Both the position numbers and the translations under genes were made by a program. A stretch of DNA of 64,000 bases from the IMG/VR virus record IMGVR_UViG_3300020027_000004, positions 17,986 to 81,985 of that record; one strand, given 5' to 3'. This DNA comes from a virus. The notes below the pieces were generated by a model that was not told the DNA's origin, made no database searches, and worked only from the letters and a program-made list of their open reading frames with translations. This document shows, piece after piece, positions 38,361 through 48,042 of this stretch; position 1 is the stretch's first letter, and the number at the start of each line of letters is the position of its first letter.

Positions 38361-38654
38361 TCAGCCGCGCTTCCAAACATCGAGCGCAGCGGTGAAGGCT
38401 GCCAGCGCGAGCTCGCCGCGAGGAGCGATACGATACGGACGCCGCGGCGGACCGCTCTCGCCTGCGGGCGTCGGGGCGTTGCGGACCACCACCAACCCCT
38501 TCTCCTCCATGCGCCCGAGAAGCACATAGATTGCGTTCTTTGAGAGAACGCCGCGCGACCGCTTCACGAGCTCGAGCCCGTAGAGATCTCCGGTCGTCAA
38601 CTGCGTTAGAACGATCCGCTCCGATGTGCTCAAGCTAGGTGGAATGCCGCGCAT
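38361..38654 (-). CDS. PadR-family winged-helix transcriptional regulator
   Basis: L..L......YGLEL.......L....IY.LL.RME.KGLV...GPPRR.Y.I...G..AL. Confidence 0.88.
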   Translation of the reverse strand: MRGIPPSLSTSERIVLTQLTTGDLYGLELVKRSRGVLSKNAIYVLLGRMEEKGLVVVRNAPTPAGESGPPRRPYRIAPRGELALAAFTAALDVWKRG

Positions 38655-38678
38655 CTAACGCCACGCTAGCATCTAACG
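38651..38678. promoter_or_regulatory. Direct repeat GCATCTAACG x2, putative PadR operator
   Basis: Copies at 38651-38660 and 38669-38678 span the PadR start codon and flank a TAGCGT -10-like hexamer. Confidence 0.5.
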
Positions 38679-38738
38679 GCAGGACAGACATGGCGATACA
38701 GGATCGACAGGATCGATTCGACGTGCGATTGCTCGTGC

Positions 38739-39176
38739 ATGGCATTCGGCAAGATTCGCAACGCGGGTCTGATTCCCGGCAAGACCGTTCCGCTCGTCCT
38801 CAACATGTTGCCAGGCGAACCGGTGGTGAATGTCGAGCACCTCGGCACGTCCAACACGAGCTTCATCAACGATCAGGTTGCGAGGGCAAGCCACCACAAG
38901 GCGGTGACGAGAACTGCGTCCACTGGCGCGCCGATGTCCGAACTCGAGCGCGAGCGAGTAGACCGCGAAAATCGCGAGTTCATCATCAAGCATGTCATCC
39001 GCAAGCTGGAGGCGAAGCACGACGACGGACGTGATGCGACCGATGCAGATATCCCGGAGTTCGTGCAGAGCCTGCCGCCGGATGTCGTGACCACGATTCT
39101 CGTGTTCGCATTCAACGCGGAGAACTTCCGCGAGCGCGTCATCGAGAGCGCGCCGAAGGCTCTCGCGGAAAAATAG
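38739..39176 (+). CDS. Tail assembly chaperone (G-like)
   Basis: Between tail tube and tape measure; ends GCG GAA AAA TAG. Confidence 0.8.
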   Translation: MAFGKIRNAGLIPGKTVPLVLNMLPGEPVVNVEHLGTSNTSFINDQVARASHHKAVTRTASTGAPMSELERERVDRENREFIIKHVIRKLEAKHDDGRDATDADIPEFVQSLPPDVVTTILVFAFNAENFRERVIESAPKALAEK

Positions 39177-39583
39177 TTGCCCGTCTCGACTGGGAGTCGG
39201 AGGCCGGCGACATCCGCCGGTCGATCGAGCAGGGCAAAAAGAAGAAGCCACCGCGGAAGCCGACCGCCGACCAAGTAGCATTCCTCGAGTCCGAGCCGGA
39301 ACTCGATGGTGGATGCTTGATCATTACGCGCGCTTACCGCGAGCTGTCGACGTGCCGCAGCTACGGAATGGGCATCGGGCCGATACCTTGGTGGTGCATG
39401 GTAGCGTGGTGCGACTGGAACGATCTCGACCGCGACATCGCCGAACACCTGATCACAGTCATCATGATCGTCGACAACGAGATCGTTAGCCGCGCAGCCG
39501 CTCGAGCGAAGGCTCGACATCCGGCCACCGGCCAAGAGAAGCCACCTGCGCCACCGCGAGCGGTGAGGAGGCGACCGAGATAG
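38739..39583 (+). CDS. Tail assembly chaperone G-T fusion via -1 frameshift at G GAA AAA (39167-39173)
   Basis: The -1 frame is open from 39173: IVARLDWE...AYRELSTCRSYGMGIGPIPWW to 39583. Confidence 0.75.
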
Positions 39584-39585
39584 CC

Positions 39586-42264
39586 ATGTCGTTCGACTTT
39601 CAAATCAAGGCTGACCCGTCGCAGGCCATCGCGGCATCGAAGCAACTCGAAGACCGGCTTCATGGCATCGAAACGAAGGCAACCGCAACCGGACGCGCTG
39701 TTGATGGTGCGTTCAAGACGCAGGCGTTTCGCGATGCATCTGGCCGCTTCCTTGCGACATCGGTATCGGTATCCTCATTGCGTACTGGCGTCCAGAACGC
39801 TGCGGTTGCTTCCGAGGTGTACAACGCGCGGCTCCGCGCCAGCGTGGTGCACTCGCAGCAGCTGGCCCAGCAAACGAGCGCGCTGGAGAAAGGGTTCGCC
39901 CAACTCGCGGAGCAGCTCCAGCGCGAAAAGGACATGCTCGACACCATCCACGGGCCCGCGCTTCGTCATCAGCAAGACCTGATGACGCTCGATGCACTCT
40001 ACCGCCGTGGTTCGATCTCCGCGCGCGAGCTTGTGGAGCAACAGCGCAAGCTGATGGTGGGCCGGTTCGGCTCTGGCGGACCTGCGGGCATCGCGCCGGC
40101 GTTCACCAACGATGCAGCCGCATCCGCTGGTCGTAACCCGTTCGGCGGTGGAGCCTTCGCTGGAGCTGGCGCATCGGTGAGCTCGCTCGCTGCACCGGTG
40201 GCGGTGGCCGCTGCAACGATCAAGGTCGCGGAACTCGCTGACGACTACCAGGCGCTCCAGAATCGTCTCCGCGGCGTGTCCGATGGTGAGGACCAGGTGG
40301 CGGCCGCGATGTTGCGCGCGCACGACATCGCAGGCACGACATACCAGAGCACCGCCACCGTCGTGGAGGCGTATGCGTCGATGAAGAACGCCACCGAGGA
40401 CATCGGTTTGACGAGCGCACAGACCTTCGTTCTCGTCGAGAACCTCGGCAAAGCCGTTCGCGCCGGCGGACGCGACGGAGCCACCTCTGCGGCTGGCATG
40501 ATGCAATTCACGCAAGCGCTCCAGAGCGGCCGGCTCGGCGGTGACGAGTTCCGGTCGGTGATGGAGAACCTGCCCGGTGTCGTCGAGGTGCTCACGAAGG
40601 GGCTAGGTAAGACGAAAGCCGAACTCCGCCTGATGGCCGAGCAAGGGCTCATCACCGACAAGGTGCTGGTCAAGCTTTTCCTCGAGTCGAACGCGGGTCT
40701 GGACTCGGTGAACAACCGCCTCACCAAGATGCGACCGACGATGTCTCAGGGGTGGCAGGGGCTCAAGAACGACGTTACCGGCTGGGTCGGCGAGGCGTTC
40801 CAGTGGGCCGATGACAAGTTCAACGCGGCCAACATCGCAACTCTTGAGTATTGGCGCGGTGAGGCCGAGCGCGTGAACAAGGCAATCGCCGAACTCACCG
40901 CCACCGAACGAGCTCGGTGGCTCTCGATGGGACAGGGTACCGAGCAGGAGCGAGTGGCGGCTGGCGTGGTGGTCGATGCGATCGATCTCGAGGTTCGCTC
41001 GCTCGAATTGCTCGACAATAAGTCGGTCGATGTCGTGCTCCGGCTCATCCGTCTGAAGGCTCAGCACAACGAGGCCGCAAAGGAGATGGCCACGGCCAAG
41101 GCGGCCGCGGACAAATTCGCCAAGTCGCTACAAGATCTGCTCAAGTTCGGCGATGCCGCAGCGCCGAGTGTCACCAAGGGGATGGACACAATCGCCGCTG
41201 GCATCGAGGCCACGAACCAGGTGGTTGGCAACTGGACATCATCCTTGCGCGGCGCGACCGGCGAGCTCTCACGCGAGGGGAAGTTACTCAAGGAGATCGA
41301 GGGCCCGCTCAAGGAGTACACGGCGAACACCGCCAGCCTCGAAGGCTTGCTCGAGCGCGGCCGCATCACCGCATCGCAGTATGACGCGCAACTCCGCAAG
41401 CTGATCGATACGTACGCTGGCAGCGAGATTCGTCAGCTTCTCGATTTTTCGACGAAGCCGGTGCAGATGATCTCCACCGCGAAAGGCAACGTGCCGCGCG
41501 CCTCGTTCGAGGCGGACCAGCGGACCACGCGCGAATCCGACGCGAAGGTCGATGAGATCTTCACGGACACCTCGTGGCAAGCGCAGGCGGTCCCGCAGTT
41601 CCAGGCCATCAACGCCGAAGTCAACGCGATGGGAGACGCCGCCGGTCGCGTGTTGAACGTGCTCTCGCAGAACAACGAGCAAACCACGCTCTGGCGCCTG
41701 AAGATGGAGTCACTCGGCGAGACGTTCGATGAACGTGTGGTGCGTGGTGTCGAGGGTGGTCTAAACAAGATCTGGGCGGACGTTTCCGACGTGAGCGGCC
41801 AGGTCGAATCGATGATGGTCGGAGCGTTTGGCAAGATCGAGGACTCGATCGTTGGGATGGTCACCACTGGGAAGTTCGAGTGGAAGGGCATGGTCGATCA
41901 GATGCTGCAAGACCTCACTCGTCTTGCTCTGCGCCAGCTCATCATGTCCGGTCTCAACGCTACCGGGATCATGCCAGCGCTTTCGTTCGGTGGCGCGCAT
42001 GCGACTGGCGGTAGCTACACCGTTGGCGGCTCGGGCGGCAGTGATTCACAGCCGGTGCTGTTCCATCTCACGCCAGGAGAGCGCGTCGACTTCACGCCCA
42101 AGGGTGAATCGCCGGGTGGCGGTGGCTCGACGAGCAACACGACGATCATTCAGTTCGACAAGCGCGACCTGCTGCCGTTCCTAAACACCCCGGACGGCAA
42201 GCGCGAGCTCCACAGCTTCGTTCGCTCCAACCCGGCCATGATTCGCTCGCTGATCGGGAATTGA
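39586..42264 (+). CDS. Tape measure protein
   Basis: Tape-measure domain (LQNRLRGV, QFTQALQSGRLGGDEFRSVMEN), Ala-rich helical body, lambda-type C-terminus and GGSYTVGG..G.DS end. Confidence 0.95.
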   Translation: MSFDFQIKADPSQAIAASKQLEDRLHGIETKATATGRAVDGAFKTQAFRDASGRFLATSVSVSSLRTGVQNAAVASEVYNARLRASVVHSQQLAQQTSALEKGFAQLAEQLQREKDMLDTIHGPALRHQQDLMTLDALYRRGSISARELVEQQRKLMVGRFGSGGPAGIAPAFTNDAAASAGRNPFGGGAFAGAGASVSSLAAPVAVAAATIKVAELADDYQALQNRLRGVSDGEDQVAAAMLRAHDIAGTTYQSTATVVEAYASMKNATEDIGLTSAQTFVLVENLGKAVRAGGRDGATSAAGMMQFTQALQSGRLGGDEFRSVMENLPGVVEVLTKGLGKTKAELRLMAEQGLITDKVLVKLFLESNAGLDSVNNRLTKMRPTMSQGWQGLKNDVTGWVGEAFQWADDKFNAANIATLEYWRGEAERVNKAIAELTATERARWLSMGQGTEQERVAAGVVVDAIDLEVRSLELLDNKSVDVVLRLIRLKAQHNEAAKEMATAKAAADKFAKSLQDLLKFGDAAAPSVTKGMDTIAAGIEATNQVVGNWTSSLRGATGELSREGKLLKEIEGPLKEYTANTASLEGLLERGRITASQYDAQLRKLIDTYAGSEIRQLLDFSTKPVQMISTAKGNVPRASFEADQRTTRESDAKVDEIFTDTSWQAQAVPQFQAINAEVNAMGDAAGRVLNVLSQNNEQTTLWRLKMESLGETFDERVVRGVEGGLNKIWADVSDVSGQVESMMVGAFGKIEDSIVGMVTTGKFEWKGMVDQMLQDLTRLALRQLIMSGLNATGIMPALSFGGAHATGGSYTVGGSGGSDSQPVLFHLTPGERVDFTPKGESPGGGGSTSNTTIIQFDKRDLLPFLNTPDGKRELHSFVRSNPAMIRSLIGN

Positions 42265-42267
42265 CCC

Positions 42268-43164
42268 ATGGCGATCGACACTGACGCGACAAGCGGTAAG
42301 GGCGTGCCGAGCTCGGGCTCGCAATGGGCCGAAGCACTAGCTCGGCTGTCGAGCCCGCTCCATCACTGGGATTGCCAGGATACGGCGAGTCCGCTGGTCG
42401 ACTCGATCAATGCGGCTGACCTAGCGTGGGGCGGTGCAACGGCTGCGTATCAGAAGACGATTCCCGGATGGACCCGCAAGGGAGTCGGCTACGGCAGCGG
42501 CAGTGCGGGTGGGTGGGTCGGAACTGGCGTTGGCACTGATCCATCACTCGGCGATGACGGCTCCGGCCCGGGCTCGGTGCTGATCTTCATGCTCGGTCGC
42601 CAGCGTATCACCGGGCCGCCCGCTGGAGGATTCGATCCACCCGGCGGTTTCTCGCCACCGGATGCCTATTCGTACTCCGTCATCTACAGCAACCTTTGGC
42701 TTTCGGTCGGCACCATCACCGCCAGCTTGACCAACAGCCAAACGAGATATCGCGTGGTCTCGGGCGGAGTTTCGAAAGTCGTCCTCGCGACACCGGACGA
42801 CTCGCACGCCGATGATGCTGTCCACGCGTTCTTGATGCAGGCCCGTGAGCTAGATGTGAACTCGGTTGAGATCTCGCTCGATACGGATCTCGTCAGTCTC
42901 GAGGTGCAGGCCGGGACGGCGCCGAGCCCCGTGCAACTCGATGCCGTGAGCTCGTTCACGCTTCAAGCGAATCACGAGATCGGGGGGCCTATCAACTTCG
43001 ATTACCTTGATTGCTGGATCTGGCGAGGCGTTGCTCCGCTCGATGCTGACGAGCGCAACGACTTGCTCGTCACGCTCGGCTATCGAACTCCATCTGTGGG
43101 TGGAAGCGGGACGGTGATAGGCTCGCGCGTGATTGGGTCTCCCCTCATCAGGAAGCATCGATGA
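42268..43164 (+). CDS. Tail-associated protein, paralogue of the N-terminus of 44268-47216
   Basis: MAIDTDATSGK...SQWAEALARLSSPLHHWDCQD aligns by eye with the first ~290 aa of 44268. Confidence 0.7.
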   Translation: MAIDTDATSGKGVPSSGSQWAEALARLSSPLHHWDCQDTASPLVDSINAADLAWGGATAAYQKTIPGWTRKGVGYGSGSAGGWVGTGVGTDPSLGDDGSGPGSVLIFMLGRQRITGPPAGGFDPPGGFSPPDAYSYSVIYSNLWLSVGTITASLTNSQTRYRVVSGGVSKVVLATPDDSHADDAVHAFLMQARELDVNSVEISLDTDLVSLEVQAGTAPSPVQLDAVSSFTLQANHEIGGPINFDYLDCWIWRGVAPLDADERNDLLVTLGYRTPSVGGSGTVIGSRVIGSPLIRKHR

Positions 43165-44258
43165 TAATCAAGCTCGCGGATACGGTTCGGTTCTGCTTCG
43201 GCACCTCGGATGCTGCCGGAGTGGCGACCGACGCGGACTCCACGCCGAGCGTGGTCGTGCTCGAGCAGGGAACCGCTCTCGGCTACTCGCCGACGGTCAC
43301 GAACATCGCCACCGGGCTCTATGAGGTAGCGATCGAGTGCTCTGGTGCCAACGGTTTCGACGCCGAGAAGGAATACAGCGCCTACGCCGAAGCGATCGTT
43401 GGCGGTGACACCGGCCGTGATGGCATCGGCTCGTGGCGTGTCGTCGCGGAGGACCTCGCCGACGTCTTGGCGCGCGTCACGAGCGTTCGAGCTGGGTACC
43501 TCGACAATCTCAACGTGGGTGGGGCGCTCGCGAGCTCAGCCGAGGTGCTGGCGATCCAGAACAACACCCGTGTGTCGCGCAGCGTGCCCGACCGCATCGC
43601 CATCCCGAACGCGGGCTCGCGCACCTACCGCGTGGAGATCATGCTCTACGATGATGCCGGCAACATGGAGGCCCCGGACTCGGCTCCCACGATCGCGCTC
43701 GTTAACCAGGCCGGCACGAGTCGCACCTCGAGGCTCGACAGCACGACGATGGCTCTCATCGCCCCTGGCCACTACCGATCGATCTACACGTCAACCGCGG
43801 GCGATGCGGTGGAGCAACTCCTGTGGACGTTCTCCGTGCTCGAAGGTGCGGTGACGCGCCTCTACCCCGCGGCGTCATCGGTCGAGGCGGAGGCGAGCTC
43901 GGCGCCGAGCGTCAACGTCACCCAGTGGAACGGTACCGCGGTTGCGGCTCCGACCGTCGCCGGCATCCCGAAGGTGGAGCTCGCATCGATGGCGACGGAT
44001 GCGATCAGTGCTGCTGGTGTGAGCGCAGCCGCGGTGACGAAGATCGCCACCGGTATCTGGGCTGCGGTGAGCGAAGGCTCCGCGACCTACGGCGATTCGA
44101 TCCGGTATCTCGCCGGTGTCGTCGGCGGGAAGGTTCAGAACTTCCTCACCGGCACGCTCGTGTTCAAGAGCCCGTTCAATCCGGCCAAGACCCGCGCCAC
44201 CGTCACGTGTGACGAGACCGGACGCTTGAGCTCGACGCCAGGCGACCTCACGCCATAG
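43161..44258 (+). CDS. Tail-associated structural protein with two Ig/BppU-like modules
   Basis: Two D..P.V.V...G.....T....G.Y modules; VNV.QW.G and R...T.D..G.R C-terminal patterns. Confidence 0.6.
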   Translation: MIIKLADTVRFCFGTSDAAGVATDADSTPSVVVLEQGTALGYSPTVTNIATGLYEVAIECSGANGFDAEKEYSAYAEAIVGGDTGRDGIGSWRVVAEDLADVLARVTSVRAGYLDNLNVGGALASSAEVLAIQNNTRVSRSVPDRIAIPNAGSRTYRVEIMLYDDAGNMEAPDSAPTIALVNQAGTSRTSRLDSTTMALIAPGHYRSIYTSTAGDAVEQLLWTFSVLEGAVTRLYPAASSVEAEASSAPSVNVTQWNGTAVAAPTVAGIPKVELASMATDAISAAGVSAAAVTKIATGIWAAVSEGSATYGDSIRYLAGVVGGKVQNFLTGTLVFKSPFNPAKTRATVTCDETGRLSSTPGDLTP

Positions 44259-44267
44259 GAGAGCGCG

Positions 44268-47216
44268 ATGGCGGTCGATGAAGACTCAACCTCGGGCAAG
44301 CTGACGCCAGCGGATGGCTCGCAGTGGGCGGAGTTGTTGGCGCGGCTCGGTTCGCCGCTGCATCACTGGGGATGCCAAGACGTGGGGAGCCCGCTCGTCG
44401 ACTCGATCGGCGGCGGTGACCTCACGTGGGTCGGTGGCGCCGGTGACGCATACCAGAAGATCATTCCGGGATGGACGCGCAAGGCGTGTGGATATCTCGC
44501 TCCGGGTCCAGCGCCATTCGGCGACTGGCGCAATACCGGTCTGGGCGATCCGTCAATCGACGATGACGGCACCGGCACGGGATCCGTGCTGATCTTTCTC
44601 GTCGGACGCCAGCGGGTGAGTTCGCCTCCGGCGGGCGGGGTTTACGGGCCGTTCGTGCCTCGTGACAACTACTCCTACATGCTGAGCTACGCCGGCTGTG
44701 AACTGTCTGCTGGCACGACAACCATCACCGGGACGAACAGCCAGACGCGATACCGAGCGCGCGTGACCGGCGCTGGATCGACGGCAGACGGGATTATCCT
44801 TGAATCCCCCGACGGCTCACACGCTGATAACAACGTGCATGCGTTCCTGATGCAGGTGCGCGAGTTGGACGCAAGCTCGATCGAGATCTCGCTGGACACG
44901 GATCTTGTCTCGCTTGTGGCGCAAGCCGGCTCACCGGGTGCGGGCGCGCTCACGCTCTCGGGCGCTAGCACGCTCATCCTGCCCGCCTACCGTGAGGACG
45001 GCGGACCGGTCAACTTCGATTTCCTCGATGTCTGGATCTGGCGCGGCGAAACGCCGCTGACGCCCGAGGAACGAATCCAGCTCCTCACGGATCTCAAGTG
45101 GCGTGAGGCGTACATCCCGCCCGGTCTCCGACCGCTCTACTGGGGCCCGATGTTCCCCGACGCGCGTGGACCGATGTTCACTGCGCCAGCGTCGCCAGCA
45201 ACGCTTGCGCTATCTGGGCTCGGGCTCTCCAGCGATGCCCTGGTCAACGCGACGATCCGAGCTCGTGCCGCGGGCCCGGCCGGCAACAATATTCGGATCA
45301 CGTTCGATCCGGTCTACGCATTCGGCGATGAGGTCGAGGAGAACATCGGTGGCGACATCGACGTGATCGCTCACTTCGATGGCGACACGGCTACGGCCGG
45401 ATCGGTGGCGTCGATGATCAACGGTCAATCGACACTCGTGGAGATCGTTGGTACGTGGAGCCCCGACGAGGCGATGAGCACCGATGACTCGTTCTCGGAG
45501 GTTCATCTCGAGGGAGGCCAAGATGCGCGCACGCGCGGGCCCCTCGCGTTCTGGGGACCGCACTTCCCGGATCGTCCTGGCGGCCCTGGCGAGGTCGAGG
45601 AGTTCATCCCGGGCACCGGGCCGGCTGGCGTGGCTACGTTCGCGCTTCAGCTCGAGGACGCGACGCTCCAGCTCACGTGGATCACCAACGTGTTCAAGTC
45701 GTACTCCGGTTTGGAGCGGCGTGCATCGAACCTCGACGATCCGAAGCAGGTCTATTCGGGAAGCACTTATCTGCTCGGGGATGACGCGCTCGAGATTCGC
45801 AACCAACTAGCCCGCTACGCTGCGCTCGGGTCTCCGTTCCTGCTCGGGCTTCCGTTCGAGGAAATCATCATCGAGGGGCCTGGCGAGGATGACGCGCCAC
45901 GCTCGTTCCGCGTGAGCGCCGATGCGCTGGAGCTCCTCGACTGGGCCAACCCTGGTCAGCGCGTTGTGGTCATGAGCGCGGATGGCTCGGAGTTCGTCGA
46001 GGCCGTGCTCCAGGCGGCCGAAGACGACACCATGTGGCTCGATCTCGAGCTCGGCGAGCTGGGGCGCTACGGCAGCCGCGTCCAGCCCGCCGTTGCGGTC
46101 TACCTCGAGCCGCAGCAGGGCTTCACGCGGTGGCCGCATCCATCGGATCGCGTCGAGCAATGGAACATGACCTCTCGCGCGGCGCTATTCGGGTTCCTCC
46201 GAGCGGCTCTGCCCGCTGAGCTGTCGCTCGAGGACCCGGTAACCGTGTCGTCGGCGATGCAGAACGTGGTTCTCAAGGCGCGATCGCCAGGAGTCGCTGG
46301 TAACGACATCACGGTGGAGTTCAATAACGACGCGCTCACCGGAGATGGCGAGCTCCAGGAGGACACGGTTGCCAAGACGGTCGTGGTCAAGTTCCTAGAT
46401 GGCGACACGACCGTCCAGATGATCGCCGACCTCATCAACGTGGGCTCCTCGCTGATCCGCATGACCGGCACGTGGCTGGATGACGGCTCGGGGGACAGCT
46501 TCCCGCAAGCGGCCGAGGATCAGTTCGGGCCGACCAACCTCGCCGGCGGAACCGACGAATCGCCAGCGACGATGGGCGTCGGCGTCCTCCTCAAGCGCTG
46601 GCCGAACGACAACCGCATCATCTGGGATCGCGGCATCGACATGGACGCCACGGTCGCGGACTCGATCCAGGCGATGAACGAGATCGTGGATCTCGGTGGC
46701 GCGCCGATCAGCATTGGTATGGCCGAGGTCCCCGACTGGGGGCGGCAACTTGCGATGAGCCGCAGCAACGATGCCGAACAGTGGCAATGGCTCAAGGCGT
46801 TTCTGTTCGCGGTGCGAGGCCGCCAGCGCTCGTTCTGGGTGCCTTCGTTCCGCAACGATCTGTTTGCGCTGTCGGACGGGCCTGGTGGAACCGGAGTCGG
46901 AGAAATCACCATCGACTCGACGCACGGAGACTTCTTCTTCTGGTGGCCGACCCGCAAGATGATTCAGATCGAGCAGGATGAAGGGTTCTCGTACGTCGAG
47001 ATCATCAATGCCGTGGACAACGGTGACGGCACCATCACATGCACGATCCGACCTGGCATCTTCCTCGACCCGCCGGGCCCACCGCTGCCGCCCGCGTCAC
47101 CGATCACCTCGATCTCGTGGATGGAGCTTTGCCGTCTCGAGCGCGATGAGGTGTCTATCCAGTTCAAGAACGCTGGCTTCATCGCGCGGTTCATCGCCCG
47201 TGGGGTGCAGCAATGA
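44268..47216 (+). CDS. Distal tail protein with appended domains
   Basis: L.W.T.V..S.SG.ERR..L...P; WLKAFL..VRGRQRSFWVPS distal-tail motifs; precedes the BR0599-type hub. Confidence 0.7.
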   Translation: MAVDEDSTSGKLTPADGSQWAELLARLGSPLHHWGCQDVGSPLVDSIGGGDLTWVGGAGDAYQKIIPGWTRKACGYLAPGPAPFGDWRNTGLGDPSIDDDGTGTGSVLIFLVGRQRVSSPPAGGVYGPFVPRDNYSYMLSYAGCELSAGTTTITGTNSQTRYRARVTGAGSTADGIILESPDGSHADNNVHAFLMQVRELDASSIEISLDTDLVSLVAQAGSPGAGALTLSGASTLILPAYREDGGPVNFDFLDVWIWRGETPLTPEERIQLLTDLKWREAYIPPGLRPLYWGPMFPDARGPMFTAPASPATLALSGLGLSSDALVNATIRARAAGPAGNNIRITFDPVYAFGDEVEENIGGDIDVIAHFDGDTATAGSVASMINGQSTLVEIVGTWSPDEAMSTDDSFSEVHLEGGQDARTRGPLAFWGPHFPDRPGGPGEVEEFIPGTGPAGVATFALQLEDATLQLTWITNVFKSYSGLERRASNLDDPKQVYSGSTYLLGDDALEIRNQLARYAALGSPFLLGLPFEEIIIEGPGEDDAPRSFRVSADALELLDWANPGQRVVVMSADGSEFVEAVLQAAEDDTMWLDLELGELGRYGSRVQPAVAVYLEPQQGFTRWPHPSDRVEQWNMTSRAALFGFLRAALPAELSLEDPVTVSSAMQNVVLKARSPGVAGNDITVEFNNDALTGDGELQEDTVAKTVVVKFLDGDTTVQMIADLINVGSSLIRMTGTWLDDGSGDSFPQAAEDQFGPTNLAGGTDESPATMGVGVLLKRWPNDNRIIWDRGIDMDATVADSIQAMNEIVDLGGAPISIGMAEVPDWGRQLAMSRSNDAEQWQWLKAFLFAVRGRQRSFWVPSFRNDLFALSDGPGGTGVGEITIDSTHGDFFFWWPTRKMIQIEQDEGFSYVEIINAVDNGDGTITCTIRPGIFLDPPGPPLPPASPITSISWMELCRLERDEVSIQFKNAGFIARFIARGVQQ

Positions 47217-48040
47217 CAACGCTTCTCGAGGACGCGCAAAGCGTCGAGAACTCGAACCCGCGCGAGGGCTACGAGATCAAGCATGGGACCACCGTCTATC
47301 GCATCGCGAGCGGATCTCGAAACGAACTGATCGGCGGCAACGTCTACCAGTCCTATCCGGCGATGCGCGGCTCCTATGGGGTGGCAGCGATCGGGCACAC
47401 CGGAGACCTCGAGCTGAAGCTACCGACGTCGCATCCGCTGGTACAGCGGTGGTACGCGAACGGCATTCCGCCAAGGCTCGTGCTTGTCACCGCGTGGCGC
47501 AAGCAACAGCGCAGTGGGGAGGCCGAGCGATTCTTCCTCGGACAAGTCGAGTCGATCTCCGTGGACGGCCACATCGCTAGCTTGCTGATCCCGTCGCTCG
47601 TGAGCGGTGCGCTCAAACGACCGCTGCCGATGCTCACCGTCGGCAAACTCTGCCCTCACGTCCTCTACGATGCGCAGTGCCGAGTTCCCCGTGCTGACTT
47701 CCGAGTTGTCACCGCCGTCACGTTGAGCGATGGCGACCTGGTGCGCGTGGCGAGCATGGCCGGCAAGCCAGACGGATGGGCAGACATCGGCGAGCTTGTG
47801 CACGTGCCATCTGGCGAGCGCATGACCATCCGATCGCAGATCGGAAACGACATCCACATCCAGCTCCCGATCTTCGAGCTCGGCGCCGGTGATGCGGTCG
47901 AGGTCTACGCCGGGTGCCCTCGAGACATCCTTACTTGCGATGACAAGTTCGACAACCGCCAGAATTTCGGCGGCCTCCCCAGCCTCCCCACCGTGAATCC
48001 GCTGATGCCAAATGGCTTCGGCGTGTGGACCAGCGAGTAG
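47213..48040 (+). CDS. Baseplate hub (DUF2163 plus BR0599 family, Fe-S cluster Cys motif)
   Basis: CPHVLYD.QC.V; GD.V.VYAGC......C..KF.N..NFGG.P.LP. Confidence 0.92.
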   Translation: MTTLLEDAQSVENSNPREGYEIKHGTTVYRIASGSRNELIGGNVYQSYPAMRGSYGVAAIGHTGDLELKLPTSHPLVQRWYANGIPPRLVLVTAWRKQQRSGEAERFFLGQVESISVDGHIASLLIPSLVSGALKRPLPMLTVGKLCPHVLYDAQCRVPRADFRVVTAVTLSDGDLVRVASMAGKPDGWADIGELVHVPSGERMTIRSQIGNDIHIQLPIFELGAGDAVEVYAGCPRDILTCDDKFDNRQNFGGLPSLPTVNPLMPNGFGVWTSE

Positions 48041-48042
48041 CC

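Noticed and set aside
42268-44268. Exactly 2000-bp spacing between the two paralogous gene starts
   Set aside because: No mechanism is implied; treated as coincidence.
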